Made by a program: the position numbers and the translations under genes. From positions 248,001-312,000 of the forward strand of contig NIVC01000135.1 of assembly GCA_002269645.1 (NCBI GenBank): a stretch of 64,000 nucleotides of DNA, given 5' to 3'. Below the pieces are notes generated by a model. That model ran no database searches, was not told where the DNA came from, and saw only the letters and a list, made by a program, of their open reading frames with translations. This DNA is from Macrostomum lignano. Lineage: Eukaryota. Shown in pieces: positions 35,110 through 48,059 of the stretch (the stretch's first letter is position 1; the number at the start of each line of letters is the position of its first letter).

Positions 35110-36104
35110 GTGCGGATGAAGCAGGTGCTGGTGCGGTTGAGCAGGGCAGAGAAACTGTAAGAACTGAAATTTAGAGGCAGATCAAGCCGAACAACTTCAA
35201 CTAGCAAGCATGCCTCAGCCTACTCAAAGTCTCTAAGCACAAACCAGCTGTAGATGAGTGCCTCTTAGATCAACTGGCCGAAATTGAGCGCAAAACTATT
35301 TTTGCTTCTCGTCCCGAAATTCAAAACTTTTTCAATCTGTTTTTGTTTCAATGTACTTTCTTTCGTAGTCATTGCGAATGCTCTTCCGTGTGTGAGACGT
35401 TCGATTTCCTCTTTTGTTCTGTTAATTGTCGTTGATTAGAAAAGAGTCCTTGTTCTGTGTGCAATCAGATATTTTTTGTCATAATTCATAACCAGAAAAA
35501 ATTGCCGCGAGACAATTATTTATTGCCATTTTGTTGCCTCTCGTAATCTTTTGAAGACTCAACTTTCATGCTGCTCGGATATACACTGTAAGCTGCTGGT
35601 CGCCGCGGATTCTGCGTACCTTCAGCTAGTTCAGGACACAATGATTTTTAATTGTTTGTTGAAGCCCGATACTTACGAGTACTCACCTTTCCATGTACCT
35701 TATAATTTAATTATAATTAAATTTAATCACTTGGTTCCGACCAGTGAAATTTATTTAGCCAAGACAGATTTGAGAATTTAATCTTTTTGTTCTCTTATAC
35801 GCTGGCACTCAACTTGCTATGCAATGTTTTGAAGTACCTTCAATATATAATATAATTCCTCACTTCATACAGCTATGATGCTTTTAGTCCTCAATCCTAT
35901 TGTTTTCTGACACTGGAAGGTGATATTTTAATATAATCACTAATCAGCTATCACTAAACTAAATCTACTTCTTCTGCAAGCTTTGCAAGCGCTGTTACTA
36001 TACGATCTAGAGGTACCTTCAAAGAGACAAAGAGGCTGAGACTGGGTGCCACATGCGTCATGGCGATGAAAGTAACAAAAATACTCGACAGTGAGTCACG
36101 GACT

Positions 36105-36357
36105 AGAGTAGCCGTTCGCTAGAGTAACCGTTCACTGGAGTAGCCGTTCGCTAGAGAAACCGTTCGCTTGAGTAGCCGTTCACTGGAGTATCCGTTCGCT
36201 AGAGTAGCCGTTCGATAGAGTAGCCGTTCGCTAGAGTAGCCAGTCGCTAGAGTAGCCATTCGCTAGAGTAGCCGTTCACTGGAGTAGCCGTTCGCTAGAG
36301 TAGCCGTTCGCTAGAGTAGCCATTCACTGGAGTAGCCGTTCGCCAGAGTAGCCGTTC
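36105..36357. repeat. 16-bp tandem array (GCTAGAGTAGCCGTTC)
   Basis: Directly visible. Confidence 0.9.
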
Positions 36358-36361
36358 TACT

Positions 36362-36686
<325 letters not shown>

Positions 36687-37038
36687 GCCGAGTGATTGTA
36701 GTTAGAAGTAGAAAAGGAAGGACACGTGAAACTCTCCACGCGCGGTGTTATATTTATTTATATTGATTCACTGACTCATTCACAGACAGAGATTAGGGGT
36801 GGGTGACTGAACAACACAGAGAGAGAGAGAGAGTGAGTAAATAACCAACTCCAAACCCCCCCCCCCGACACTGGGGTGGCAAAAGTGCACTAGAACTAAA
36901 AAATAAACAAATAATAATAACTAACTGAGAGACCTAGCCAAGCCATACACATAACTAACTATCTGACATCTCCCCCCTAAAGTTCGAAACATCCCCTAGC
37001 AAAGTTCGTTCGAAGTCAGAGTCAGTTCAAATTCAGGA

Positions 37039-38175
37039 TCAAAGTTGCAGGCGTTCAGGTGGCTGCCTCCGACGCTGCGGATAGCGCCTCGCCGGACTGC
37101 TCGGCCGGTCAGCGGCGGCGGTGGCCGCGTCATCCTGCGGCGCGTCATTGCCGCCGTCGACTTCGCTTTGCTCGGTAGGCGGCGAATGCGGTTCATCGGA
37201 GACAGCGGCCGGCGTCACCGGGTCGGCCTCTGGCAGCGAGCTCGTCAGCAGCTGGTCCGTGTGCCGCCGATGGAGAGCGCCGCCGACCTCAACGTCACAG
37301 TTGCGGGATCCAGCGGACACGACGCTGCCCTCCGCCCAGCGGGTGCCGCCGCCAGCCTTTTCGTTGGGGCTGAAGTCACGCAGTAGAACTCGGTCGCCAA
37401 CTTGAAACTCGCGCGCATGCGGATGCTGCTCGACCTGCCGCTCTTGGCGCTGCTCCATGCTGTTCGTCAGCGATGGCATCAGCAGGTCCAGCCGACTGCG
37501 CAGTTTGCGGCCGATGAGCAGCTGGCTGAGAGCTTCGCCGGTGATCGAGTGCGGCGTGTTGCGATAGGACAGCAGCATCCGCTGCAGTGCCGCCGTCGAG
37601 TGCCCGCTCTTGAGCAGATGTCGCTTGAGCACCTGAACGAATCTCTCCGCTTGGCCGTTCGTTGCCGGATGGAACGGCGCCGAGAAAACATGCCGAATGC
37701 CGTTGCGCCTTGTGAACTCGCCGAACTCCGCGGAGGTGAACTGCGTGCCGTTGTCGGAGACCAACACCCGGGGAATGCCCAGTCTGGCGAAGACCTCGCG
37801 GAGTCGCTCGATGGTGGCAGCAGACGTAACGCTGTCCGGTCACCGCGTTGACTTGACCGAGGATCGTCGACCAGTCCAGTCTCAGCTCTGTGAGCCAGTC
37901 GCGACCGAGTACTGCGACGTCGCCTTGCTCGACCACAAGCAGCGTCAACCACCGGTCTTGGCCGTTGTGCTGAACCGCGACCTCTGCCTGTCCGATGGGT
38001 CGAAAGCTCTCGCCCGTGTAGGTGCGCAGCACCGTGGATGTCGGCGACAGACGGAGACCCGGCAAAACATCCTCTTGGAGACTCTTCGGGATGACGGTGA
38101 GGGCGGAGCCGGTATCCACCTCGAAGCGACATGGCTTGCCTTGGAGCAGCAGCTCGACCGCCAGACCCTTGCTCG
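37039..38175 (-). pseudogene. pol: Truncated pol: aspartic protease joined to integrase C-half
   Basis: FEVDTGSALTVI..VLGRDWL, then a junction near 37835-37845 into SVTSAATIERLREVFARLGIPRVLVSDNG. Confidence 0.88.
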
Positions 38176-38490
38176 ATCCGCTCTGCCTAATGCTGAAGAG
38201 GGGCTCCTGCGCCGGGGCTGTTGCCCCCAGGACCCCGGGTCCTGCACGTAATGGCGTGGTGAACTATCTGTGCAGTATGAGACTGGTATGGCCTTTATCC
38301 CAGCCAGCGATGCTCACACCTGCCTCCCCTGGCGGGCTGATAGCTCTAGAGACTCTGTCTCCTGATTTTCACCTTGCAAGGCGCACTTCGAAGGGTACTC
38401 GTCCCGTGGGTGTTAAGGCAGGCCCCCTTGGGCCCTGCCGAGCTGATTCGTTGGCGCCGGGTCCTGGTGTGACCATAAACGCACCCTCTA

Positions 38491-40206
38491 ATGTCCCAGT
38501 GTAACTCCGTGCTGATGGACGCTTGGCCAGGGAGTAGTCTGGTTGCTAACGGTTCCCCTTGCGCTTTTGGGTCCCCCGCAGGGTGGTATTTTGCTTTTTG
38601 GGGGCCTGCCGCTTGGTTTGGGGTTGCGGCCTTGCGGCTCTTTGCCTGTGTTCTGCAGGAAGTCCCACCTTTTTACTTCCAGCCAATGGCTTCTAACCGA
38701 AGTAACAAACCGGCTGTGGATGACACAGTGCCTCCGGCCTCGGCTGGGGCCGTGGACTCCTCGGCCATACCACCTGCTACCATCGGGGACGCCTCGGCGA
38801 GACCCGTGGAGCCAACTCTGAGCGGTGCCTCCGAGAAGACACCTGCTACTCCAGCTGCTAAGAAACGCAGCACCACCTCTGGAGCTGCCCGCCGTCGACT
38901 TAACAAGGCGAGGCGGGCCAAGGAGGGCGGAAGCCAAACCGGTGCCAGGGGCCAACGGCCCGCGGCAGCGGAAGCTTCCCAGTCTAGGGCGGTGGCGGAA
39001 GAGGGCCTCGAGCCCACGGAAGCCCCTGCCCAGGATAGGGAGGCCGATGCAGCCGGGAGGGTGGACAGCCCACCTGAAGAAAGCTCCACTGACCCCCGGG
39101 CCTCCTACGCTGATGCGGCAAAGAGGCAACCGGCGGTTGTCATCCTGGGAAAGGACGCGCGCCTGTCTCCCGATCAGCTGAAGCAGGTGAGAAGTGCCGT
39201 TGATGGCCTCCTGTGGAAGCAAACTCTGAAGGGCACGCCTCTGAACATTCATTCGAATGCGACGAGGGACTCGTGCCTTCTCATTTGGCCCAGTGATGCT
39301 GACTCGGGTCGGCGGCTCCTTGAGCTGCTGCCCGAGCAGAGCTGGGACCTCAACCTAGCCTTCTGCAGAGAGGACGAGCGCCCCCGGACCAAGAGGCATC
39401 GAATCTGGGTCCCGGCCAGGAGCGTTGTTACCTCTGCTGACGAGCTCCGGAAAGGACTGCTAGCAGTCAACCGGGAGCTTCCCGCCGCGGGCCTAGTGGT
39501 GCATGACACCCTTAAGCGCACCGACGGCACTGGCTTCACAGCCATCCTGGGGCTGTCGGACGCCTGGATGAGGCGTTATCCACACGGCAGCTTCATCAAC
39601 GTCGGCCTTTGGAAGCTGCGCATCCGCTCCTACGAGGCCGACCCTCCCCGTGGCAGTGAGCAGGGCGGGCGGGATGCGGAGGCGGCCGGGGCCGAGGCGC
39701 AAGCCTCTGCTCAGACTGCCAAAGCAAACCGCCCTGCCCGGCAGCACGGCCGCGCGGGCAAAGCTGAGCGCGCTGCTGAGGGCGGAGGCGACCGACGCCC
39801 GGCGCGCAGCACCAAGCGGCGCGGCCTGTACCAGCGTGCAGCTGAGGCAGTCCGTACCGCCAAAATCTCCCAGCTGAGGCGAGAGGTCGCCGGGACGCCT
39901 AGGCGCACCAGTTCGTCCAGGGAGGGTGGGGACGTCCCAGCTGGGCCCAACCCCTCGGGGCAGGGCCGACTGGAGACGGACCCGCCTGCCCAGGCGGCTG
40001 GCTGCTCCAGGGCATTGGGCCAATCTGAGGCGGAGGACCCCATGGATGGTGGGCAAAGGGCGGCGAACGCTGCCTACTGCCTTCCGGCCAATCGGGGGCC
40101 TTTTGCTGAAGAAGAGCCCATGGACACCGGCGACCCCGACCCGAAGCCGGTGAGCGCCGAGGAGGAGGAGGAACTCCTGGCGGCTGCAACATCCGATCTG
40201 CAATGA
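38491..40206 (+). CDS. LINE ORF1 (571 aa)
   Basis: Long ORF directly upstream of ORF2; it has low-complexity ends and a central globular region. Confidence 0.8.
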   Translation: MSQCNSVLMDAWPGSSLVANGSPCAFGSPAGWYFAFWGPAAWFGVAALRLFACVLQEVPPFYFQPMASNRSNKPAVDDTVPPASAGAVDSSAIPPATIGDASARPVEPTLSGASEKTPATPAAKKRSTTSGAARRRLNKARRAKEGGSQTGARGQRPAAAEASQSRAVAEEGLEPTEAPAQDREADAAGRVDSPPEESSTDPRASYADAAKRQPAVVILGKDARLSPDQLKQVRSAVDGLLWKQTLKGTPLNIHSNATRDSCLLIWPSDADSGRRLLELLPEQSWDLNLAFCREDERPRTKRHRIWVPARSVVTSADELRKGLLAVNRELPAAGLVVHDTLKRTDGTGFTAILGLSDAWMRRYPHGSFINVGLWKLRIRSYEADPPRGSEQGGRDAEAAGAEAQASAQTAKANRPARQHGRAGKAERAAEGGGDRRPARSTKRRGLYQRAAEAVRTAKISQLRREVAGTPRRTSSSREGGDVPAGPNPSGQGRLETDPPAQAAGCSRALGQSEAEDPMDGGQRAANAAYCLPANRGPFAEEEPMDTGDPDPKPVSAEEEEELLAAATSDLQ

Positions 40207-43200
40207 TGCCAGCGACTACCTGGTGTCTGCAGATCAACACCCAGCACTGCGTGGCGGCGTCGGTCAACCTGATGCGCACGGCAGAGCAACAGCTTCCGGG
40301 CCTGGTCTTCGTACAGGAGCCCTGGATGACTAAAGGTAAGCCAAATAATGTGCCATCTGGCTACCACTGTTTTTGCATGGCGGGCTCTCAGCCTCGCCCA
40401 AGATCTCTGGTCTTTGCTGCAAAAGCTTTTGAGGCATGGATGAGACCTGATCTCTCGACTGGGGACATCTGTGTTGTTCAAATCAATAACCTCATTCCCA
40501 ATAAACCTGTGCTGGTAGCTTCTGCCTATTTCCCGGGCGATGCCCCAGTTGTCTGCGACGCGTTAGTCAACCTTACTGACTATGCTGCGTCCCATCGGTT
40601 CGAGCTGCTCATTGCAGGGGATGTGAACGCACACCACCTGCATTGGGGCAGCAAGAACATCAATAGCAGAGGCGAGGAGCTGCTGGCCTATGTCAGCAGC
40701 ACTAACCTCAACTTCTGTAACGTGGGCAATGCACCAACGTTCAATAATGGGCGGTGGGCCGAAGTCATCGACACCACCATCGCCTCACCCGGACTGCTTT
40801 CCGCAGTTACGGGCTGGCGAGTGTGGGACGAGGACTCGCTCTCGGATCACCGCTTTATCCGCTTTTGCATTGGGCCGACCAAGCAAAAGCCTAAGGTCAC
40901 TTGGAGTCGGAACGTCAGAAACACCGATTGGGCCGCCTTTGGCTCGAAGCTGAGCCGCGGCCTTCGGGATCTTGACCCCCCCCCAGTGACCTCTCTGACT
41001 GCCAGGTGGTGGACGATCTCGCCTCCTCCCTGGGCGGGGCGATTACCACTGCCTTTGAAGCAGCCTGCCCCCTAAAGGCCTATAAAGGCAAGAAATCTGC
41101 TCCCTGGTGGAACCCAGAGCTCGGGGCCCTTCGGCGCCGAGCCAGGACCCTCCAAAGGCGAGCGCTCAAAACCAAAGACCCATCTGACAGAGAGGCCTAT
41201 ACCCGTGCGATCCACGAGTTTAAGGGCCAAGTAAGAAGGGCCAAGACGGCCAAGTGGCGCCAATATTGCGAAGGGCTTGAGGGCTCTCGCCCCGTAGCCC
41301 GCGTGGTTAAGGCACTCACTAATGACCGTTTTTCTAAACTCTCTGTTGTGAAGAGACCTGACGGCTCGGTCACAGAGAGTTCGGAAGAGACTCTAGAGCT
41401 CATGCTCAACAGTTTTTTCCCTAAATCTCCGACTCAGCAGGGCCCGCCCGACCACACAGTGGGAGGGCAAGGCCTAGCTAAGTCTATGATCACCAAAGAC
41501 CGCATTATTAGAGCGGCAAGGTCCTTTAACCCGTTCAAGGCGCCTGGGCCCGACGGCATCTACCCAGCGTTCTTGCACGAGGCGGTGAAAAACCACCGCT
41601 TTCTGGACCTGCTCTGTCGTCTCCTCCGAGCTTGTGTGGAGCTGGGCTATGTACCAGTTGCGTGGAGAGAGGCCCGGGTGGTCTTTATCCCCAAGCCTGG
41701 AAAGAGCGACTACCAATCGGTGAAGGCCTTCAGGCCTATCAGCCTCACTTCTTTCTGCCTCAAGCTCCTCGAGAGACTGGTGCTTTGGCGCCTACTTTCG
41801 GTCGAGCTGAAGCGCTTCCCACTCTCGCAGAACCAGCACGCCTTCCGCGCGGGCAGGTCAACCGAGAGTGCTCTCCATGTCATTGTTGACTTCCTGGAGA
41901 GGGCCGTTCTTGGCAGCGGCTTTGCCCTCTCGCTTTTCCTGGACATTGAGGGGGCCTTCGACAACGTCATCTTCGAGGCCTTTTGCAGAGCCCTGGAATC
42001 CAGGGCCACGCACCCTCACCTTGTCCGGTGGATCATGTTCATGATCCGAAACCGCACTGTTGTGGCCCACCTGAGCGGCAGCTCTCTTTCGGTGCCTGTC
42101 CTGAAAGGGGGCCCCCAGGGCGGCGTTCTCACCCCCGTTCTCTGGAACATGGTCATGGATGAGTTGCTTTGCAGTGATCTCCACGACCCCATTCTCAAGG
42201 TGGGCTATGCCGATGATGTGACCGCGATATGCGCGGGCCCCTCGGTTGATACCATCAGAGACCTTCTGCAGGGCTTTCTGGGACGAGCGGAGCGTTGGGC
42301 AGACCAATGTGGCCTTAGACTCTCAGAGTCGAAAACCACAGCAGTCATGTTTACCAACAAACTGCTCTGGACCATTAAGCCCCTCACCCTCTATGGAAAG
42401 AATATTTCCATGGAGAAGCAGGTCCGCTGCCTGGGCCTCACTCTGGACCACAGGCTTAACTGGACTCCGCACATTCAAACTAAAGCCAAAAAAGCCCTGG
42501 CTGTACTGGCTCAGATCAGGCGCGCCGTGGGCACCACCTGGGGGCTCACCCCCAGGAAGCTGTGGTGGATTTACACTGCCATCATCCGCCCCTCGATCAG
42601 TTACGCCAGCCTCGTGTGGGCTAGCGGCCTGAGCGTCAAGAGCAACCTCGACGCTCTCTACAAAATCCAGGGCAGAGCCTGCCGCATGACTATGGGCGCT
42701 CCACCCTCTACTCCTTTTGAAGGCATGAATGCCTTCCTCTGTGCCCCTCCTTTGGATATTTATATCAAAGGAGAGGCGGCGAAGAGCACCCGGCGTCTTC
42801 TGGATGCTGGGGTGGCCTTCAAGAAAGTGCGGGCCTTTAAGAAGCGGTCGCTTATCCCGCACTCTGACCTCTGCCTCAAGGCTCTCGAGGAGTGTGGCGG
42901 GCTCAACATCCTCACGGACTCGATCCCAGCCACCCTTCTCCTGAGCCAAAGGTATAAGGTCACCATTCAGCCTCGACACGAGGCGAGTGACAGCTGGAGC
43001 GACTCTGAAGTCCACTGTTACACTGACGGCTCTATGAGGCATGGTCTTTCAGGCTTCGGAGCTTGCGTCTTCTTCAAGGGAGAAGTGGTGTGGAGCTACT
43101 CCCAGCACACTGGGCTCAACTCCAGTGTTTTTCAGAGCGAGGTGCTTGCCATCAGCTCCTGCGCGGCAGAGCTGCGCCGAAGGCAGCTTAGCGGCCGGAA

Positions 43201-43840
43201 ATTTATTTTTCACTCTGACAGCCAAGCAGCCCTTCGGGCCCTCTGCCGCAGCACCGCCAGCTCCAGGTCCGTCCTGGACTGCAACACCCAGCTCAACGGG
43301 CTTGCGCTAGGCAACCAGGTGGAGCTCAGATGGATCCCGGGCCACGCCGGCTTCCTCGGCAACGAGCGCGCTGACCTGCTGGCCAAGGCTGGCTCCGCCG
43401 GCGCGCTATTGGGGCCGGGCCCGGGTGCCCCCATCCCCGCCTCGGTGATCAATTCCCGCGTTAAGCGCTGGGCTGACTCCGAGCATCTCCGCAGGTGGCA
43501 CGACACCCGGAATTGTAGGCAATCCCGTGCTGCCGTCCCCTGTCCCTCTCCTCTCCTGCGTAGAGCCCTCCTCAGGCTCAACCGCAGAGACCTCAGAGCA
43601 GTTAGCATGGCCCTCTCCAGGCATGGCTGCTTCTCTCGCCACCGCTTCCTTCAGGGCCAAGTACCCGAGGAGCGGTGCCCCTTCTGCCGCTCAGGCAGTG
43701 AAAACGCCGAGCATTTTATCTGCCACTGCCCGGTTTTCACCAGGGCCAGGCTTACTCACCTCGGGCCAAACCCGGTTCTCTCCGACGTTTGCAGGCCCGA
43801 CAGCATCCCGCTGTTCGCCCGGTACCTCAGGGACACCTGA
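40203..43840 (+). CDS. LINE ORF2: AP endonuclease, reverse transcriptase, RNase H, CCHC finger; 1-nt frameshift at the C9 run 40976-40984
   Basis: LQINTQH, VQEP, AGDVNAHH, SDH; FRPISL, LDIEGAFD, GPQGGVL, YADD; YTDGS, HSDSQAA, GNERAD; CPFC..HFICHC. Confidence 0.93.
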
Positions 43841-43984
43841 CGAGCTGATTTCTTCCCCACCGTCGGTGAGGAGGACCGCGCTGCAGGCGAGACCGACGGG
43901 TCCCCCTGAGCGACACCACTTCAACGGAAGTCGTTGGTCGCCAGGGGCTAGCGGAATGGGCGGTCTCCTCCGCCTCCCCGCTGC

Positions 43985-44865
43985 ATCCGCCGGACGCCCC
44001 CTGCAGCTAAGTCAAGTAAGTCAAGGGGCTCCTGCAGCTCAGCCGGCTCTGGGTCCAGCTTGTGCAGCTTTGAAGACCTGCACACCTTGTGGATGTGCCC
44101 GACTTTGCCGCAGTTGTGGCACTTGGCCTCACGAAGCTTGCACTGCTGCCGACTGTGGGCGCCGCCGCAGCTTGCACACGCGCCTGAGGCAGCAGCTGCC
44201 CGCATAGCGTCGGCTTGAGCTCCGGGTGACTGACGGGGAGCCTGCTTGTTGAGCTCTTCGGGCGCAGTGGGCTTCTTGTGGAGGCGCAGGTGGGCGACTG
44301 CTTCAGCACGGTGCGCCATCTCCGACGACGATTTCTCCGCTGCCTCCAATGCGTCGACTCTGGCCACGAGCGTCTTGAAGTCGGGCTGTTCGATCTCCAG
44401 CAGCTTTGCACGGTGCACGTCACTGCGGAGACCGAAGACAAACTGGTCGCGCAGTCTCTCGTCCAGAGTGCTGATGCAGTGGGATCCGTCTGACCCGTCC
44501 AGAGTGAACTCAAATTTGCAATGCTCCGAGGCAGCCTTTAGGCCAGCAATAAAGTCCGCGAGACTCTCGCCGGGCTTCTGCACGCGCTGTTGAAAGCGGA
44601 ATCTGGCGGATAACATTGACGTCTTGGGAGAGTAATGTGCCCTCAAGACAGCAGCTAAGTCTGAGTATGACTTGGAGGTCACCGTTTCCGGCAGGCACAG
44701 ATTCCGAAGAACCTTGTAAGCGTCTTCTCCGATGGCGGTCACCAGCGTGGCGACCTTCGCCTCGTCTCGGACTTCTTTACAGATGAAATATTGTTCGAGC
44801 CTCTCTAGGTATACCTCAATGTAAGAGTTTGCAGAGAGTTCTGGAATTCTACCAGTTGTAGCCAT
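43985..44865 (-). CDS. gag: Gag of the Mag-like element
   Basis: YLERLEQYF, RFRFQQRVQKPGES, LRDQFVFG, CASCGGAH, CHNCGKVGHIHKVC. Confidence 0.9.
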
Positions 44866-46106
44866 TTTCTCGTCGCCAATGTGAAGTTATGAGCCGAGTG
44901 ATTGTAGTTAGAAGTATAAAAGGAAGGACACGTGAAACTCTCCACGCGCGGTGTTATATTTATTTATATTGATTCACTGACTCATTCACAGACAGAGATT
45001 AGGGGTGGGTGACTGAACAACACAGAGAGAGAGAGAGAGTGAGTAAATAACCAACTCCAAACCCCCCCCCGACACTGGGGTGGCAAAAGTGCACTAGAAC
45101 TAAAAAATCTTAATACTAAAGTTGGTGCAATGTTTGTCTGTCTGTATGTTGCAATTTTTCTCCTAGACTACTTGCAACTCAGCGTTGAAACTTATATGGG
45201 TAAACTACAAATTTTCTGGGTTGGGTTTATAGCTATTTTAATCTTTCATTTTCACATTTTAAGATCCCTAAAAAAGCAGAAATAATATAACAATAGGGAA
45301 TATGATACACCTTGCGCAACTCTTAGTGATTGCGCCACAACAGCTGGCCTATCTGTGTAGTGTATTCTTTTAGCTGAAGGGGTGTAACCGGGCCAGTTGG
45401 CATCAATTTTTAGTGATTACACCATAACTTTCTCCTATCTCTGCAGTGTATTTTCTCTCCAGTGGGTGGCGCTCGCATTCTAAGTGGCTGCGTGTGTACA
45501 ATCGGACCCTGGCTCAGTCGCGGACTATATATACAATTGCACAATGATATGGCTACTGATAAGTTTTCCTGTCTCTCAATGGGCAGCCCTGTGTATTTGT
45601 TGGACATTGAAATTCAATGCATCAATTTGCAAGCAGGCAGTGAACGTACACTTGATACTTCAATTCTATAAATCAGACAGTTTCAAACGCTAACTGCTCT
45701 TCGAGTTCTAAACTTTAAGAGAAGAGACTTATACTGCTGAATAGATCTTGCAACACTGAGTTGGAGGATATAAATTGTTTGCTTTAAATAGAAAGACTAA
45801 AAGCACAGCATCAAAAAAACTATTTCCAGACTTTTAGCTTTCTGCAAAGATTGTACTCATTTTGGGGTTCTATGGGCGTTCGACCGACCCCCCAACAGTT
45901 GGGGGTTCAATTTCTAACTGCTACTGCGTATTGAAAAGGGGTCGGTCGCTGTGTACTGGAGGGTTGATTTAGATTGCGCAATATTTTTGTTAACTTTAAC
46001 TGAGACTGATACTGACTGACTGAGAAATCGGTTGCGCAATCAATTGATTCAATTGGTTAAAAAATCAAATCAATTTTTTATTTGAACACGCAGCTGTGTT
46101 TAGGTC

Positions 46107-46142
46107 TAACCCTAACCCTAACCCTAACCCTAACCCCTAACC
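46107..46142. repeat. Interstitial (CCCTAA)n telomere-type repeat
   Basis: CTAACCCTAACCCTAACCCTAACCCTAACCCCTAACC. Confidence 0.8.
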
Positions 46143-47614
46143 ACTGAATCCTGAGAGTTGATTCTTTTTGACGGAGAAAATTTTGATTGAGTCCATTTTT
46201 ATAGAGAGAATTTCTGTTTTGCGGAGATGATTTTGATGGATGTCAGTTTCACGCAGAGGATTTCCATGGAGTCCAGTTTCACGGAAAGGATTTCTGTTTC
46301 GCGGAGAGGATTTCGAAAGGTGTCCAGTTTCACGGAGAAGATTTCTGTTTCGCGGAGAGGATTTCTGTTTCGCGGAGAGGTGTTTGATCGAGTTCTCTTT
46401 TACGGAGAGGATTTCAATTCAGTTTCGCGGAGAGGATGATAGGATTCAGCTGATACATTTCAGAGAATGGAGTTCCGGTGATGGGAATTCTTTCCCTTTC
46501 TCCTCCATCGGAGGAGTTGGCCTCGTCTAATATATCTAAAGTAGCAACCCCCCCTCCACCGGCCCTGTCTGTCTGTGGGTATGTAACAGGTTATCTCCCA
46601 AAAGGCTCAACCGATTATCTCCGTTTCTTCGCCAAAAGATGTCAAATGTGCCCGGGACGGTACATGTAATTTTATTAAGCTCTAGCTCAATGCTAAGGGG
46701 ATTAAATATTCGAAAAACTGTTTTAAATGGCCTTTTTAGTGTATTTTTTTATCAGCCTGCGCGCAGCGAGAAACTTCACAGCCAATTTTAATGATTGCGC
46801 CAGAGCCAACTGATAAGAAAATTCACTTTGCCCCACTGCCCAGATAATTACTCTATTTAACTTGCGTAACCAATTAAGGGGGGGTATAATAAAAATTCTG
46901 GATGCTTCCAATATACTAAAAATCAAAACTATGTACCTATAGGAACCTTTGCTTAACTTGACTCTACATAGTCGGAATTTCGTGGGGTTTTCTGCATTCG
47001 ATGCGTATCGATGGTGCGCTGGTACACAAAATTTTGCTAAGAAATTGCTTCATTTTTTCGGGCTTAAATATTCGAAAAACTCGATTTTCTCCCTGTTTTT
47101 TTAAAGTTCAAACAGTTCTTTCCGATTGAGAAGCAGTCTGACTGCCGATGGAATTGTATTGCATCATAACTCAGTGCCAACTATAGCATTGGTTCTCCAC
47201 ACTCGCGTGGAGAGCTACAAGCGTTGAAAGGTTGCGCAACACATTTTAATTGAGGGGCGGGTGTCGCTATTCAATTACCATGGGCTGGCTTGGTTGTTAA
47301 TTTCAATGCATCAACTTGCAGGCCTCTCACTGTAGCTAGCGCTGAATGTACACCTTATGAATTTGAATGCTTTATAGCAGGAATGTTCAATCGTTGTTTG
47401 TGCTTCGAGTTTTTTACTTTCAGAAGAGAGCCTTGTTTGCTAGAAAGAGCTTGAAACGCTGAGTTCGGGAATATAATTTTTTGCTTAGATTCGAGAAATT
47501 AAAAGCACATCATTAAAAAGAAGATTCCTATGAACTTTACTTCTAAATATACTAAATTATATACTCATTGTACGCTCTCCAATATCGCAAACCCCTACTT
47601 TATCGCAACTCCAC

Positions 47615-47757
47615 AATTCAAGCCAGCGCCATTGAATTTAGATTTAGATTGCGTAACCATATTGGTGACTTTATTTGAAACTGATACATTCAAGCCAGCG
47701 CCATTGAATTTAGATTTAGATTGCGTAACCATACTGGTGACTTTATTTGAAACTGAT
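47615..47757. repeat. 72-bp direct duplication
   Basis: ATTCAAGCCAGCGCCATTGAATTTAG... occurs twice. Confidence 0.85.
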
Positions 47758-48059
47758 AGACTGGCTGAGAAATTATGTCATAACTGCTTCGCGTGATTTA
47801 CTCTGTGCGTGGAGTTTTGAAAGTTTTGAATTATATAAGTGCGACGATTTATGTTATCAAAACGATGAGAGCTAGCCTAGAGGTAAACAGACTGACCTGC
47901 TAATGCAGCGACGTGGGTTCGAATTTTTAATTTGTAAAAGCTTTTTTATTAAAAAAATTAATTTTAAACTTTTTAGCTAAAGAAAACTAAAAAAACGTCA
48001 GGTAAATCAGATAGAAGAGAAGCTACGAGTATTCATGTAGTCCATATTCAAAAATTTTT

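Larger units (their letters stand above)
38182..43984 (+). mobile_element. Full-length non-LTR retrotransposon (APE-RT-RNase H; LOA/I-group-like)
   Basis: Two ORFs; candidate TSD ATCCGC at 38176-38181 and 43985-43990; inserted antisense at the gag/pol junction of the Gypsy element. Confidence 0.92.
36688..45106 (-). mobile_element. Gypsy (Mag-like) LTR retrotransposon, internally deleted (no RT/RNase H), interrupted by a LINE
   Basis: Near-identical LTRs at 36688-36968 and 44880-45106; PBS TGGCGACGAG; PPT AGGGGGGAGA. Gag at 44865 has two Cys/His knuckles. Protease VDTGS near 38110 is fused directly to integrase C-half LVSDNGTQF..HPATNGQAER. Confidence 0.93.

Noticed and set aside
38182-38490. 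HDV-like or hammerhead ribozyme at the LINE 5' end
   Set aside because: Partial motifs exist (GCC-TCCCCT-GGC, CTGAAGA), but I could not complete P1/P1.1 or the GAAA core by eye. An Infernal or RNArobo search is needed.
40970-40990. Programmed -1 frameshift in LINE ORF2
   Set aside because: The shift lies in a C9 homopolymer and adding one C restores the frame. An indel error or mutation is simpler, and LINE ORF2s are not known to need a shift between APE and RT.
46107-46142. True telomere or chromosome fusion site
   Set aside because: There are only about six units, embedded in other repeats; such short tracts are common inside repeat families.
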